A stretch of 62,054 nt of DNA, the filler included. It is 6 parts of 6 records of this genome, joined end to end, with 100 filler letters (N's around TTAATTAATTAA, not from the genome) between each part and the next. Parts side by side here need not be neighbours in the genome. Positions count along the whole stretch, not along the records: positions 7,404 to 15,596 come from DRR723986_20078; positions 15,697 to 22,221 come from DRR723986_20084; 4 more parts are not named here. One strand, given 5' to 3'. Positions within the stretch are counted from its first letter, which is position 1; the number at the start of each line of letters is the position of its first letter. The position numbers were made by a program, and so were the translations under genes. Positions 10,538-19,890 of this stretch are shown here, one piece after another. A model generated the notes under the pieces. The model made no database searches, had not been told where the DNA came from, and saw nothing but the letters and a program-made list of their open reading frames with translations.

Positions 10538-11290
10538 ATGCCTTCACCGATGAAAACTCTGCTGTCCTCTTCGCTTCTGCGAATACTAATCCCGGGTTTG
10601 GCATTTGTTGTATTGATGGCCAGTCAGCCGGCTCCCTTTGTTGGGACAGAGGCAACATTTGGTTTCCGGTTTTTGTTTTGGCTTTTGGTGATCGGAGGGG
10701 CTGGCGGCGTAACACGTTTTGCGCAGTCCGCGATCCAGCGGTATTGTGGTGGCTTAGATCAACTTGGGCGGGATGCGTTGATTGCCGTTGTTGTCACCTG
10801 TCTCATGATCCCGCTTTTGTGGGTGATCGGGTGGGTGTTCCTCTTTCCTACGGCGGAAGGGGGCCCGAGCCTGACAACAATTGCGCAATGGGCAGCAATG
10901 TTTGCCACTGGGTTATTGGTCCTGCGTCGGTGTTTCCCGGCCGAGCAAACGATAGCCACCAAAACAGAGGTTCAAGAGAGACCACGACTTGTTCGCAGGT
11001 TACCGCAAGGGATGGATGCGCAAATTCTGCGCCTAACGGTGCGGGATCATTGTGTGGATGTCGTCACCAGCGCGGGAACGCATACCATTCGATCCCGATT
11101 TGCGGATGCAATCCAAGAGATGGAACCGATTGCTGGCCATTGCACACATCGGTCACATTGGGTGACGCAAGCTGCGATCGAAAGCATCGAGCGTCACGCG
11201 GGAAAAATTCAGATCCGCTTGATAAATGGCGACCTCGTCCCTGTTAGCCGAAAGTACAAGCCCGATTTGGAAAAGGCCGGGCTGCTCTAG
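10538..11290 (+). CDS. Membrane-anchored LytTR DNA-binding domain protein
   Basis: About four hydrophobic N-terminal segments, then a LytTR domain (DHCVDVVT, THRSHWV, VPVSRKY). Confidence 0.85.
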   Translation: MPSPMKTLLSSSLLRILIPGLAFVVLMASQPAPFVGTEATFGFRFLFWLLVIGGAGGVTRFAQSAIQRYCGGLDQLGRDALIAVVVTCLMIPLLWVIGWVFLFPTAEGGPSLTTIAQWAAMFATGLLVLRRCFPAEQTIATKTEVQERPRLVRRLPQGMDAQILRLTVRDHCVDVVTSAGTHTIRSRFADAIQEMEPIAGHCTHRSHWVTQAAIESIERHAGKIQIRLINGDLVPVSRKYKPDLEKAGLL

Positions 11291-11949
11291 CGTGGCATTG
11301 GGATGGGGTGCGCCTTAGATCCGGTTAGGATCGCAATAGCATCCCTGCGCATCAAGTCTCGCAAAACTGCGCTTTGGCTGCTCAGGCCACCGGTATAGTG
11401 ACCATATGCAGGCAGGATGAGACGATCCTGATCCAACAAAAAGGCAGGGCGCGTGATGCGTCGTCCACGGGTCTTGAGATCGGCTTTGGGGTGGTAATGC
11501 CCCGAAATTTCATTGTGCGCACCCTGATATGCGATGTGGCGAAAGATCAGGCCCTTGAGCTGTACTTCGTTCAGGTGGGAGCCGCCCAGGTCGACCGGTC
11601 CCGGATCATGATTACCTTCGACCCAGATCCATCTACGTCCAGCTTGCAGCGACGTGATCCAAAGGCGGTCCGGCTTTGATAGGGTTTGGGCGGCCTCTAG
11701 ATCATCAAAGCTATCCCCCAAACAGATCACGGCCTCGGCTTGTGTGCGTTCTAGATCATCTGCTAGGCGGCTCAGCGTTTCTTGAGAGTCGTAGGGAGGC
11801 AGTGTGGTCCCGGCACGTCTGGCAATGCGTTCGGCTTTGCCGAGGTGGAGATCCGACACGCACAGTGTCTTTTGGTCTGGCCACCAAAGAGCGCCCGTCG
11901 CAAGGGCGACCAGCGAGGTTTGCGCAAAGGAAAATGAAAACCCATCCAT
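11287..11949 (-). CDS. pdeM: Ligase-associated DNA damage response metallophosphoesterase/endonuclease PdeM (start ATG 11949)
   Basis: SDLHLGK, LPPYD, LGDSF, GNHD, SGHYHPK, ILPAYG.YTGGL; directly downstream of the Lhr-core helicase. Confidence 0.9.
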   Translation of the reverse strand: MDGFSFSFAQTSLVALATGALWWPDQKTLCVSDLHLGKAERIARRAGTTLPPYDSQETLSRLADDLERTQAEAVICLGDSFDDLEAAQTLSKPDRLWITSLQAGRRWIWVEGNHDPGPVDLGGSHLNEVQLKGLIFRHIAYQGAHNEISGHYHPKADLKTRGRRITRPAFLLDQDRLILPAYGHYTGGLSSQSAVLRDLMRRDAIAILTGSKAHPIPMPR

Positions 11950-11968
11950 GGTTCGTTCTGTACCGGCG

Positions 11969-14392
11969 TCAGCCGTTGGATGCAATTTGAGACAACCCGG
12001 AGTCCTGTAGCAATCTGGCGCTTTCCTCGGCCAGCAGTTTTTCCTCGGCCGTGCCTTTGATTGGAACTTTGCCCATTTCCAGAAACAGAGGGGCGGCAAA
12101 CGGTGTAACGTGGTTTAATCTCAGCAAATCAATGCGGGTGCCAACTCGAGATATCATGTCTTCGATCCTGCTAAAGTCGACCAAACCACGCATTGTTTCG
12201 GTTCGCGTGATTTTTAGCATGAGGTGGTCGGGGTCATATTTTAGCAACGTGTCATATAGGATGTCAGAGGAAAAGGTCGCCTGCCGCCCACTTTTGCGTG
12301 CGGTTGTTGTGTTCCGTTCTATCAACCCGGCAATTGTGGCCGCACTTCTGAACGTGCGCTTCATCACCGCGTTTCCGGCAAGCCACCCCTCTAGCCCCTC
12401 TCGCAAGGCTGTCAAATCAAACAGGGGGTGGGCGTCGGTCACCTGATCTAGGCCCCAGATCAAAGTGGCATAGTCGGTCGCAACAAAGCCAAGGGGATGG
12501 AGGCCGAGCTCTTCCATCCGTTTGCTCAGCAGCAACCCAAGTGTTTGTTGTGCGTTTCGTCCGGCAAACCCATAGATGCAGATGTGTTCACGGTTGTCTT
12601 TGGTAAAGCTTTCGATCAACAGGCGACCGTGCTGTGGCAGGCGAGAGGTGTCGCGCTGTAGCTGCAACCAGTCTGCCGTGTGAGGGGGGAGTTGTGGCCA
12701 GTCAGATCGGGCCAGAAGGTTCAGGATGCGTTCGCTTAGCTGCGTCGATGTTGCGAACTTTGTGCCCATAAAGGTGGCGATTTTCGGTCTTTTGTCGGCG
12801 CGCCGGGTCACTTCAACTGTCATCTCGCGCAGCCCTTCGTATCGGACGATCTGCCCGCCAATCAGGAAGGTGTCGCCGGGCGTCAAGGAGGCTGCAAAGC
12901 TTTCTTCGATTTCCCCAAGTGGTTTTCCGCCACGGCTGCGTTTTAGCCGTACTTTCAGGGTGTCCGTGTCTTGAATGGTGCCTAGGTTCATGCGGATTTT
13001 TTGCGTGGCGCGGGGGTCGCGCAATTGCCAGCGCCCATCAGGGAGTTGTTGGAGCCGTTGCCATTTGTCATAAACCCTGAGGGCGTATCCCCCGGTGGCG
13101 CAAAAATCGAGGCAGGCGTCAAAATCAGATCTGCTGAGAGCGGCATAAGGGCCGGCCGACGACATTTCCGTATACAGGGCGTTGGCCTCAAACGGACCGG
13201 CTGCTGCGGCGACAAGAATGTGTTGGCAAAGCACGTCAAGGGGGCCGTCGCCACGTGGTTCACCGTCTAGGGTGTGGGCCTTGATCGCTTCTAGCGCGGC
13301 GATGCATTCTATCACCTCAAATCTATTGGCAGGCACCAACAGGGCCTTAGAGGGGACATTGTATTGGTGGTTCGCGCGTCCAATCCGCTGCACCAGACGT
13401 TTGACATTTTTGGGGGCTCCTATCTGGATCACCAGATCGACGTCTCCCCAGTCGATGCCCAGATCAAGGCTACCGGTACATACAATGGCGCGCAGATCGC
13501 CGCGCACCATCGCGGCCTCGACCCGGTCCCGTTGCTGGCGATCAAGCGAGCCGTGATGGATGCCGATTGCGAGCGAGTCGTCGTTTGCAAGCCAGAGATT
13601 GTGAAAATAGATTTCGGCCTGCGCGCGGGTGTTGTGAAAGATGAGTGTCGTTTTGTGCTGGCGGATTTGATCCAATACCGCAGGAATAGAGTACTTTGCG
13701 CCACCTCCGGCCCAGGGGGGTAGCTCTTGCGTTTCAAGCATGGAGATGTCTGGATCCGGACCGGGGTCGGCATGCAAGATGGAACAGGGGGTCGGGTGAC
13801 AGGCCAGAAAACGCGCGATGGCTTGGGGGTCTTCGACGGTTGCAGATAAGCCAACGCGGCGTAGATCTGGGCAAAGCGTTTGTAAACGTGCCAAAGCAAG
13901 CATCAGCTGGTCGCCACGTTTGCTTTCCGAAAGCGCGTGAATTTCATCAACGATCACGCGTTGCAGCCCCTGAAACATCCGCGGTGCATCTTCGTAGGAT
14001 GTCAGCAGCGCAAGACTTTCTGGAGTCGTTAGCAGGATATGGGGTGGATCAGCACGTTGGCGTCGCTTTTGGGTGGCCGATGTATCGCCGGTGCGATCTT
14101 CGATCCGAATGGGCAGGCCAATTTCGTCAACGGGGGTGCGCAAATTACGTTTTATGTCAGCCGCCAGCGCCTTGAGGGGGGAGATATAAAGCGTGTGCAG
14201 CCCAGCATGAGTGCCATCAGCAAGTTCAGCGAGTGTTGGAAGAAAACCCGCCATTGTCTTGCCGCCCCCGGTTGGGGCAATCAACAACGTTGCAGGGTCG
14301 CCAGCACGCGCCATCATGTCTTGTTGGTGTGGGTGGATCGTCCACCCTTTGGTCTCAAACCAGGTTGCGATAGAGGGGGGAAGTGTTTGCAT
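11969..14392 (-). CDS. Ligase-associated DNA damage response DEXH-box helicase (Lhr-core family)
   Basis: APTGGGKT, ISPLKAL, TTPES, DEIH, GLSAT, HHGSL, LDLGIDWGDVD, QRIGRANH. Confidence 0.93.
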   Translation of the reverse strand: MQTLPPSIATWFETKGWTIHPHQQDMMARAGDPATLLIAPTGGGKTMAGFLPTLAELADGTHAGLHTLYISPLKALAADIKRNLRTPVDEIGLPIRIEDRTGDTSATQKRRQRADPPHILLTTPESLALLTSYEDAPRMFQGLQRVIVDEIHALSESKRGDQLMLALARLQTLCPDLRRVGLSATVEDPQAIARFLACHPTPCSILHADPGPDPDISMLETQELPPWAGGGAKYSIPAVLDQIRQHKTTLIFHNTRAQAEIYFHNLWLANDDSLAIGIHHGSLDRQQRDRVEAAMVRGDLRAIVCTGSLDLGIDWGDVDLVIQIGAPKNVKRLVQRIGRANHQYNVPSKALLVPANRFEVIECIAALEAIKAHTLDGEPRGDGPLDVLCQHILVAAAAGPFEANALYTEMSSAGPYAALSRSDFDACLDFCATGGYALRVYDKWQRLQQLPDGRWQLRDPRATQKIRMNLGTIQDTDTLKVRLKRSRGGKPLGEIEESFAASLTPGDTFLIGGQIVRYEGLREMTVEVTRRADKRPKIATFMGTKFATSTQLSERILNLLARSDWPQLPPHTADWLQLQRDTSRLPQHGRLLIESFTKDNREHICIYGFAGRNAQQTLGLLLSKRMEELGLHPLGFVATDYATLIWGLDQVTDAHPLFDLTALREGLEGWLAGNAVMKRTFRSAATIAGLIERNTTTARKSGRQATFSSDILYDTLLKYDPDHLMLKITRTETMRGLVDFSRIEDMISRVGTRIDLLRLNHVTPFAAPLFLEMGKVPIKGTAEEKLLAEESARLLQDSGLSQIASNG

Positions 14393-14448
14393 GGCCTGAC
14401 CCTACTCTTGTCTCACAAGCAGGCCAAGAGACGCAAATGGGGTCTAGG

Positions 14449-15255
14449 TCATCGGCGTTTTCGGGGTTCCAAAGTTCGGATCAGATCTTGAACCGCTTTG
14501 GGCAAAGCGGTGTCCGCCTGTGCTGGGGCCGCATCCAGAGCGCTGGCAACGTCTTTGATCAATATACCGATGGTATTGTCTTCGCTCAGCCCATCCCGGG
14601 AAAATTCGATATCTTCGAAACCTGATGCGAACCAGTTCTGCCCTGAACTGGTGTGGATCAAGTCCAAAAGTTTGCGCTCGTCCAACCCAGCACCATCGGC
14701 CCAATCCAGCACCAACCGCGTCATCGCTGTGTTAGAGGCGGCCAGAAGGTTGTTCAGAACCTTGGCTTGCATTCCTGCACTATAGGCACCCATTCGGTGG
14801 AAATGTGCGCCCATCGCATCGAACAGGGGCTGAGCGGCATCCAGATCCGCATCAGCGCCGCCTAGCATAAACGAAAGACGGGCTTCCTTGGCGGCGATCT
14901 GTGCACCTGACATTGGGGCATCGATAAGGGTGATGTGACTTGGAACGCGCTCTCTCAAACCTAAAACGTAGTTTGGTGAGAGCGTCGAACACACGATGAT
15001 ACGTGTGAGATGTGGTGCGGCGATGAGGTTCTTCTGGCTAAATAAAACGTCATCAGTTTGCGGAATATCACGTACGACTGTAATGAGCGTTTCTAGCGAG
15101 GACGAGAAAGCAGCCGGGTCTTGCGTGACCTGTGCCTGAATATTTGCAAAGTCACTTGCGGGTCGAACGTCAAGCCCAGTGGCGTCAAACCCTGCACGCA
15201 CGAGGGATTCCAGCATCGGAGCGCCCATGCGACCACATCCTGCAACACCGATCAT
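14449..15255 (-). CDS. NAD(P)-dependent beta-hydroxyacid (3-hydroxyisobutyrate/6PGD-like) dehydrogenase family protein
   Basis: Rossmann GVAGCGRMG, DAPMSG, AKVLNNLL; ATGA overlap with the upstream stop at 15252-15255. Confidence 0.85.
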   Translation of the reverse strand: MIGVAGCGRMGAPMLESLVRAGFDATGLDVRPASDFANIQAQVTQDPAAFSSSLETLITVVRDIPQTDDVLFSQKNLIAAPHLTRIIVCSTLSPNYVLGLRERVPSHITLIDAPMSGAQIAAKEARLSFMLGGADADLDAAQPLFDAMGAHFHRMGAYSAGMQAKVLNNLLAASNTAMTRLVLDWADGAGLDERKLLDLIHTSSGQNWFASGFEDIEFSRDGLSEDNTIGILIKDVASALDAAPAQADTALPKAVQDLIRTLEPRKRR

Positions 15256-15596
15256 TTTACGATTGTCTCGTCTTTGACAAACATATTGGCCCAAGCCCTG
15301 TCAATCAGATCCGGTGTCATCTGGTAGGGGATACCCTCAAATTCGCAAATCGCGATCATCTGGTCGATCAGAAACACGGGTTGGTAGTTGGCGTAGGTGT
15401 TGTCGATTGTTGGGTACTTTTTCTTGAGGAGATGAATCAGAGAGGGTTCGTCCAGCGGCACCCCTTTTTTGCGCGCCACGAGGGCAAAGATCTTTAGGAA
15501 ATTTTCCTGATTGGGGCCATCAATTTTGATCTTGAAGAAGATCCTGCGCAAAGCGGCTTGGTCAAAGATCTCGGTCGGGTGGAAGTTGGTCGAGAA
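15252..15596 (-). CDS. AAA-type ATPase, C-terminal fragment (truncated by contig end)
   Basis: FSTNFHP.EIFDQAALRRIFFKIKIDGP resembles AAA+ sensor-1 and arginine-finger region. Confidence 0.65.
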   Translation of the reverse strand, partial: FSTNFHPTEIFDQAALRRIFFKIKIDGPNQENFLKIFALVARKKGVPLDEPSLIHLLKKKYPTIDNTYANYQPVFLIDQMIAICEFEGIPYQMTPDLIDRAWANMFVKDETIVK

Positions 15597-15696
15597 NNNN
15601 NNNNNNNNNNNNNNNNNNNNNNNNNNNNNNNNNNNNNNNNTTAATTAATTAANNNNNNNNNNNNNNNNNNNNNNNNNNNNNNNNNNNNNNNNNNNN

Positions 15697-15735
15697 CGCT
15701 CCTGCAAGGAAGGCGAAGCGCTCAAGTTTTAAGCC
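15697..15735 (-). repeat. Dispersed repeat family, copy A (truncated at contig start)
   Basis: Reverse complement CTTGAGCGCTTCGCC is identical to that in copy E (54504-54577). Confidence 0.6.
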
Positions 15736-15813
15736 CCAAAACACTGAACCTAGCTCCACCCAGGCGTGTTACACTCACCAAGTCAGCAGACAATCGGTAC
15801 AAAAATTAAGTGG

Positions 15814-15835
15814 TGCTGTCAATAAGTTGACAGCA
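15814..15835. other. Perfect 9-bp inverted repeat downstream of queE (terminator or protein-binding site)
   Basis: TGCTGTCAA-TAAG-TTGACAGCA. Confidence 0.4.
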
Positions 15836-15923
15836 TTAGATTGACGCTCTAATGCCTCGCAAGCCCAGATGTATCATGATCTCGTGGTGCGGGCCTGGCA
15901 AAAGATTGACGCTCCCAACAGCC

Positions 15924-16757
15924 CTAAACGCCGCGCATCTCCGGATCCCAAATGAATTTGTGCATCTGCAGCTGGAAACGCACCGGCAGATGGTCAGCCA
16001 AAATCCAGCCAACCATTTCCTGATAATCAACAGCGCCAAAAACAGGTGAAAACAAGACGGCCGAACACTTTTCATCCAGCGAATGCTCGCGCAGCAACTC
16101 ACGCGCCCACTCGTAGTCGCGGCGTGAATTAATGACAAACTTGACCTCGTCATGCGGCAAAAGATGGTCCAGATTTTCGTAGCGATTGAGCGATTCCATA
16201 CGCGAGTCGGGGCATTTCATATCGACAATTTTGATGACGCGCGGGTCCACGACGCTGATGTCAACGTGGCCACCAGTCTCAACTGCGACCAGGAAACCCT
16301 CGTCGCAGTACCACTGCATGAGCGGCAGGACTTCCGGCTGTTCGAGCGGTTCGCCGCCGGTGAACTCCACAAAGGAGCAGTCGAAGGGCGCCAGCTCGCG
16401 ATAAATCGCGGCAGCCGACATCATGTTTCCGCCGCTGCGCCTATCGATCGAATACGTGGTGTCACACCAAGCGCAGCGCAACTTGCAGCCGTGCAGACGC
16501 ACAAAAACACAGGGCATTCCGGCGCGCGTGCCCTCGCCCTGGATCGAATAAAAAATTTCGTTGATGCGCAGCGCAACGTCCGGCATCGGAATATTTTTGC
16601 CTGCGCCGAAATGCGGCGCGAGGCTGTGCGTCACAGTGTGATCATGGGCTGAATTTTTGCCCTTAGCCGGCACAGGCTGTGCGTTCTCCGGCGTGGAGTG
16701 GCTCTGCTGCTGGTTTGCGGGATGTTCTGACAACTGACTCTGCGTCGGACTCTGCAT
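15924..16757 (-). CDS. queE: 7-carboxy-7-deazaguanine synthase QueE (radical SAM); true start may be ATG 16586
   Basis: EIFYSIQGEG, FVRL.GCKLRCAWCDT (CxxxCxxC), TGGEP, VETGG, QLQMHKFIW. Confidence 0.88.
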   Translation of the reverse strand: MQSPTQSQLSEHPANQQQSHSTPENAQPVPAKGKNSAHDHTVTHSLAPHFGAGKNIPMPDVALRINEIFYSIQGEGTRAGMPCVFVRLHGCKLRCAWCDTTYSIDRRSGGNMMSAAAIYRELAPFDCSFVEFTGGEPLEQPEVLPLMQWYCDEGFLVAVETGGHVDISVVDPRVIKIVDMKCPDSRMESLNRYENLDHLLPHDEVKFVINSRRDYEWARELLREHSLDEKCSAVLFSPVFGAVDYQEMVGWILADHLPVRFQLQMHKFIWDPEMRGV

Positions 16758-16914
16758 GACGGTCTTCGATCGGATTGTGAATAAGTCGGAAATTTTTGCC
16801 CGCTAAATCGTAATTTTGACCTTTTATCGTCAAAGACGCAAAACAATTTGCCCGGACGTGCGGGCGTAGACGATCCGAAGCTTCCTTCCATTATTTCTTG
16901 ACCAGGAATCGGCA

Positions 16915-18252
16915 ATGGCGAATCAGATTGGTGTAATCGGTACCGGCTATGTGGGCCTCGTAACAGGAACGTGTTTCGCCGAATCCGGCAACAAAGTTCT
17001 CTGCGTTGATATCGACGCAGCCAAAGTCGAAAAAATGCGCAACGGCAAGGTGCCAATTTACGAACCGGGCCTGGAAGTGCTGTTTGAGCGCAACATTCGC
17101 GAGAATCGCCTCAAATTCACAACTGACCTGCGCGAAGCAGTCAAAAACTGCAAAATGCTCTTCCTTTGCCTGCCGACTCCTCCGGGAGCCGATGGATCGG
17201 CCGATCTGCAGACAGTCCTAAAAGTCGCTGCTGATATCGGAGCCATTCTGCAGGAAGAAAAGATCGAGGAGTTGCGCATCCTGGTCGATAAAAGTACCGT
17301 GCCCGTCGGCACTTCCACACGCGTACGCAAAGCCGTCACCGACGTCTATGCCGAAGCAAATGTGGACATCGTCAGCAACCCCGAGTTCCTGCGCGAAGGA
17401 TTTGCGGTTGATGACTTTATGAAACCCGACCGCGTTGTAATCGGCACACAAAACGAGGAGTCGGCGCAGCTGATGCGCGAGCTCTACCGCCCCTTCACCC
17501 TCAGCGGCAATCCAATTCATGTGCTGGACGAAAAAAGCGCCGAAGCCTGTAAGTATGCAGCCAACTCCTACCTGGCCATGCGCATTACGTTTATGAACGA
17601 AATGGCTGAATTCTGCGAACGCGTTGGTGCGGACGTAGAATCTGTACGCCGCGCAATTGGCTCGGACACACGCATCGGCAAACGTTTCCTCTTCCCGGGC
17701 ATCGGTTATGGCGGCAGCTGTTTCCCTAAGGACGTACGCGCCCTGGCACATTCGGCACGCGAAGTAGGCATGGACTTTTCGCTCATCGAAACTGCTGAAG
17801 CTGCCAACAAACGCCAGACACAGCGTTTTGTGGCGCGCGTCGTGGAACGTTTTGGTGGTGACATCAGCGGTAAAACCTTTGGCCTCTGGGGATTGGCATT
17901 TAAACCAAACACGGATGACACGCGCGAGGCACCGTCCTTCCGCATCATCGACGAGCTGCTCGAAAAAGGCGCCATCGTCCGTGCTTACGACCCCGAAGCA
18001 CGCGCAGGCACCGAGGTCCGTTTCGGCGATAAAATCACCTACGCCGATGACATGTACGACGCCCTGAAAGGCAGCGAAGCCTTAATTCTTGCCACGGAGT
18101 GGAACGAGTTCCGCAACCCAGATTTTGATCAGGTTAAACAAACTCTGAATCAGGCAATTATTTTTGACGGACGTAATGTTTACGAACCGGACAGAATGGA
18201 ATCGCTCGGCATCGAGTACCACAGCATTGGACGCCGCAGCGCCGGCGTTTAA
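16915..18252 (+). CDS. ugd: UDP-glucose 6-dehydrogenase
   Basis: IGTGYVGL, PIYEPGL, KSTVPVGT, SNPEFLREG, catalytic GYGGSCFPKD, GLAFKPNTDD. Confidence 0.96.
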   Translation: MANQIGVIGTGYVGLVTGTCFAESGNKVLCVDIDAAKVEKMRNGKVPIYEPGLEVLFERNIRENRLKFTTDLREAVKNCKMLFLCLPTPPGADGSADLQTVLKVAADIGAILQEEKIEELRILVDKSTVPVGTSTRVRKAVTDVYAEANVDIVSNPEFLREGFAVDDFMKPDRVVIGTQNEESAQLMRELYRPFTLSGNPIHVLDEKSAEACKYAANSYLAMRITFMNEMAEFCERVGADVESVRRAIGSDTRIGKRFLFPGIGYGGSCFPKDVRALAHSAREVGMDFSLIETAEAANKRQTQRFVARVVERFGGDISGKTFGLWGLAFKPNTDDTREAPSFRIIDELLEKGAIVRAYDPEARAGTEVRFGDKITYADDMYDALKGSEALILATEWNEFRNPDFDQVKQTLNQAIIFDGRNVYEPDRMESLGIEYHSIGRRSAGV

Positions 18253-18280
18253 CGCATAGTATTTTTGTTTAAGTAGATAG

Positions 18281-18320
18281 AACGCACGGACGGCTCAAAC
18301 TGTTCGTGCGTTTTTTGTTT
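18281..18320 (+). terminator. Rho-independent terminator of ugd
   Basis: AACGCACGGACGG-CTCAAA-CTGTTCGTGCGTT followed by TTTTGTTT. Confidence 0.8.
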
Positions 18321-18363
18321 AAACGCTCCTATCATTTTCAAGGCCGTCACGCCACCTTCGCAG

Positions 18364-18893
18364 CAGATTGCAGCGCCTTTCGTTGCTCTCAGGCTTGCCT
18401 TTTGATTTTTTTGTTAGTTGTTGAACAGCAAGCCAAATACCGCCGAGACCACAGGCAGACACCACCGCTGCAGATTTTAAGCAACAGGACAGAACTATTT
18501 GCGCGACCGCTTTGTTCGCTGTGGGCGGAAATTTTCTACGTTTGTGTGATTAAACCGCGCACCTTTTTGAGAAGCCAATGGGTAGGCAGTGGGTTCACCA
18601 GCCCGGGGTTCACCAGCCCGCCATTACCAATCCGCCCGGAAATATTTTTTGCCTGTGCTTTGAATTCGTGCTTAACCCGCCGGAGGTTTAACAAGTGCAA
18701 AATGTCAATTACTACCAGCGCGAATCAAGCACTAAGTGCTAAAGTGCCTGTATTCCGCTGTAAACGGTCAGTAATCGTGTTTTTGGGTGCGTGCTAGACT
18801 GAAGTAATATCAGCTGGTGGAGCAGTGCAAAACAAAAAAATCAAAAAGCCTGAGACCGAAATTGAGCCAGAAGCGAAAAGAGGGCTCAAAGCG
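18364..18893. repeat. Inverted pair of dispersed-repeat ends (copy B 18364-18423 +, copy C 18826-18893 -) bounding a ~530-bp non-coding element
   Basis: B: GCAGCGCC...CTCAGGCTTGCCTTTTGATTTTTTTGTTAG; C (rev. comp.): CTCAGGCTTTTTGATTTTTTTGTTTTG. Confidence 0.65.
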
Positions 18894-18960
18894 ATCATGC
18901 CCAGGACCAAAGTGCAAAAGACCGAGTTAAATGCGACGGAGATGCAAGGTTAATGCCAGG

Positions 18961-19890
18961 TCAGTTTTTGAGCCACAACTCGCGCGCCAAAACACCCGAA
19001 GTGCCGCGCAGAACCACAACGTACAAACCCTGGCGCAAGTGTACTTCAAGAGCAACAGACCCAAGACCCAAATCCTCAGCCAAAAGTAAACGACCGTCAA
19101 GTCCATAAACCTCAAGTTTAGCCGCGCGCTGCGAACCCTCAACCACAATTTGGTCATCAATAAACTGCAGAGACGGCTGCGCAGCTGCAGGCCCCGAAGT
19201 GCCGCCCTCCGTGACGTCGGTAACCAGATCGATGGGATTAACGATGACAATTGCATCAAGCTCAAAACCATTGATGGTGGGATCATAAAATGCGTGTTGG
19301 TTGTCGTCGCGAACAGCGCGCGAGACGTCTTCTATGCGAATATAGCGCACCCAGTCGAGCTCCAGATCCGCCAGGTCAAATGCGTCACCGCCCGCACGCA
19401 TGGCATCAAATGGCTCAAAATCCCCGGTGCTTGGTGATGTACCCGCGCAACCTGCCAGCGTTGCCGCCGCACATGGAAAGTCAAACCACTCTTCGCCGTT
19501 CCGGCTCACTGAAACCTTGGCGGGCTCGGCGTAAATGCGGTCCAGGCCAAAACGAAAGGCGTTCTCAAAAATCACAAAGTCCGGCCCCGGCGCATCCTGC
19601 ACGCCATAGCTGCGGTTGCCCACTATTATGACACCTTCCAGACCAAGCGAAACCACGTCTTCCGGCGTCGCAGCAGGAACATCTTCGCGCGCCGTTGCTG
19701 CAGGCATACCAAAAACATTCGCCGGAAAATACTGCGGATCCTGACCAAAAGTGGCGTTGTCACCCGGCGCAAAGGCAAAAACTGTATCGATCGTCACCGG
19801 GCGTTCCTGAGCGCGGGCAGCAGCGAATGATAACAAGCCGGCAAGCAGGACACAACAATATATTGGCAGGTTTTTCATTGACTTTTTCAC
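18961..19890 (-). CDS. Secreted T9SS cargo protein with a 'cell surface protein' (BtuH-like) domain
   Basis: Signal peptide; SLG..G.IIVG, GPDFVIFENAF, AEPAKVSVS, GGDAFDLADL, RYIRIED, GFELDA; C-terminal T9SS-like EVYGLDGRLL...QGLYVVVL. Confidence 0.7.
   Translation of the reverse strand: MKKSMKNLPIYCCVLLAGLLSFAAARAQERPVTIDTVFAFAPGDNATFGQDPQYFPANVFGMPAATAREDVPAATPEDVVSLGLEGVIIVGNRSYGVQDAPGPDFVIFENAFRFGLDRIYAEPAKVSVSRNGEEWFDFPCAAATLAGCAGTSPSTGDFEPFDAMRAGGDAFDLADLELDWVRYIRIEDVSRAVRDDNQHAFYDPTINGFELDAIVIVNPIDLVTDVTEGGTSGPAAAQPSLQFIDDQIVVEGSQRAAKLEVYGLDGRLLLAEDLGLGSVALEVHLRQGLYVVVLRGTSGVLARELWLKN

Noticed and set aside
15924-16757. queE as a marker of a 7-deazaguanine DNA-modification (Dpd) island
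   Set aside because: No dpdA/tgt-like, queC, queD or folE paralogs nearby; consistent with ordinary queuosine synthesis.
18306-18797. 163-aa ORF after ugd
   Set aside because: It overlaps the ugd terminator and the repeat element and has non-protein-like composition.
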